DNA of 63,145 nt, filler included, from Octopus bimaculoides (taxonomy: Eukaryota): assembly GCF_001194135.2 (NCBI RefSeq). It is 4 parts of 3 records of this genome, joined end to end, with 100 filler letters (N's around TTAATTAATTAA, not from the genome) between each part and the next. Parts side by side here need not be neighbours in the genome. Positions count along the whole stretch, not along the records: positions 55,311 to 63,145 come from NC_068984.1; 3 more parts are not named here. The stretch is one strand, 5' to 3'. This document shows positions 63,055 through 63,145 of this stretch, piece by piece (position 1 is the stretch's first letter; each line of letters begins with the position of its first letter). The notes under the pieces were generated by a model that searched no databases, was not told the origin of the DNA, and saw only the letters and a list, made by a program, of their open reading frames with translations. The translations under genes and the position numbers were made by a program.

Positions 63055-63145
63055 CATTTAACCTTTTACTTGTTTTTGGTCGTTGGAATGCGGCCATGCT
63101 AGAGGAACACCTCGAATGGTTTATTCGAACAAATTCACTTTCATT
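63055..63145 (-). mobile_element. 3' end of SINE family A, reverse orientation
   Basis: ttttacttgttt..gcggccatgctagagga.. is the reverse complement of the family A 3' end. Confidence 0.6.

Noticed and set aside
53891-63145. Remaining ANKS1 PTB exons
   Set aside because: No K.P...LSI...GVKF or HVF-type motif was found in readable sequence. They probably lie in gaps or beyond the window.

Overview
Eukaryotic genomic DNA from a gappy draft assembly (about 8 kb, roughly 13%, is N). It is AT-rich, saturated with di-, tri- and tetranucleotide microsatellites and full of tRNA-derived SINEs. This signature is typical of an octopus genome (Octopus bimaculoides-like; inferred from repeat content, not proven). 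Almost all entries in the ORF track are artefacts of microsatellites or N runs. Three protein-coding loci are supportable. (1) On the minus strand, a large first coding exon (13232-12040) of a probable GPR158/GPR179-like class C GPCR, with signal peptide, poly-Ser tract and Cache-domain W..YFDC....W...Y..P motif. (2) On the plus strand, a compact gene I do not recognise (TATA at 32920; coding exons 33329-33665, 34098-34127, 39957-40003; AATAAA at 40022) encoding a 137-aa single-pass membrane protein. (3) On the plus strand, six phase-compatible exons (46464-53890) of an ANKS1A/ANKS1B (Odin/AIDA-1) orthologue covering the tandem SAM domains and the start of the PTB domain. The rest is mobile-element debris: CR1, RTE and R4/Dong LINE fragments, Penelope-like GIY-YIG remnants, several modular SINE families, a 91-bp mini-Helitron and a Tc1/mariner MITE. 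There is also an 827-bp foldback DNA element with perfect 29-bp terminal inverted repeats, an 8-bp target-site duplication and inward-facing telomere-like repeats. I found no CRISPR array, rRNA or bona fide tRNA gene, and no multi-gene novel system that I can support.
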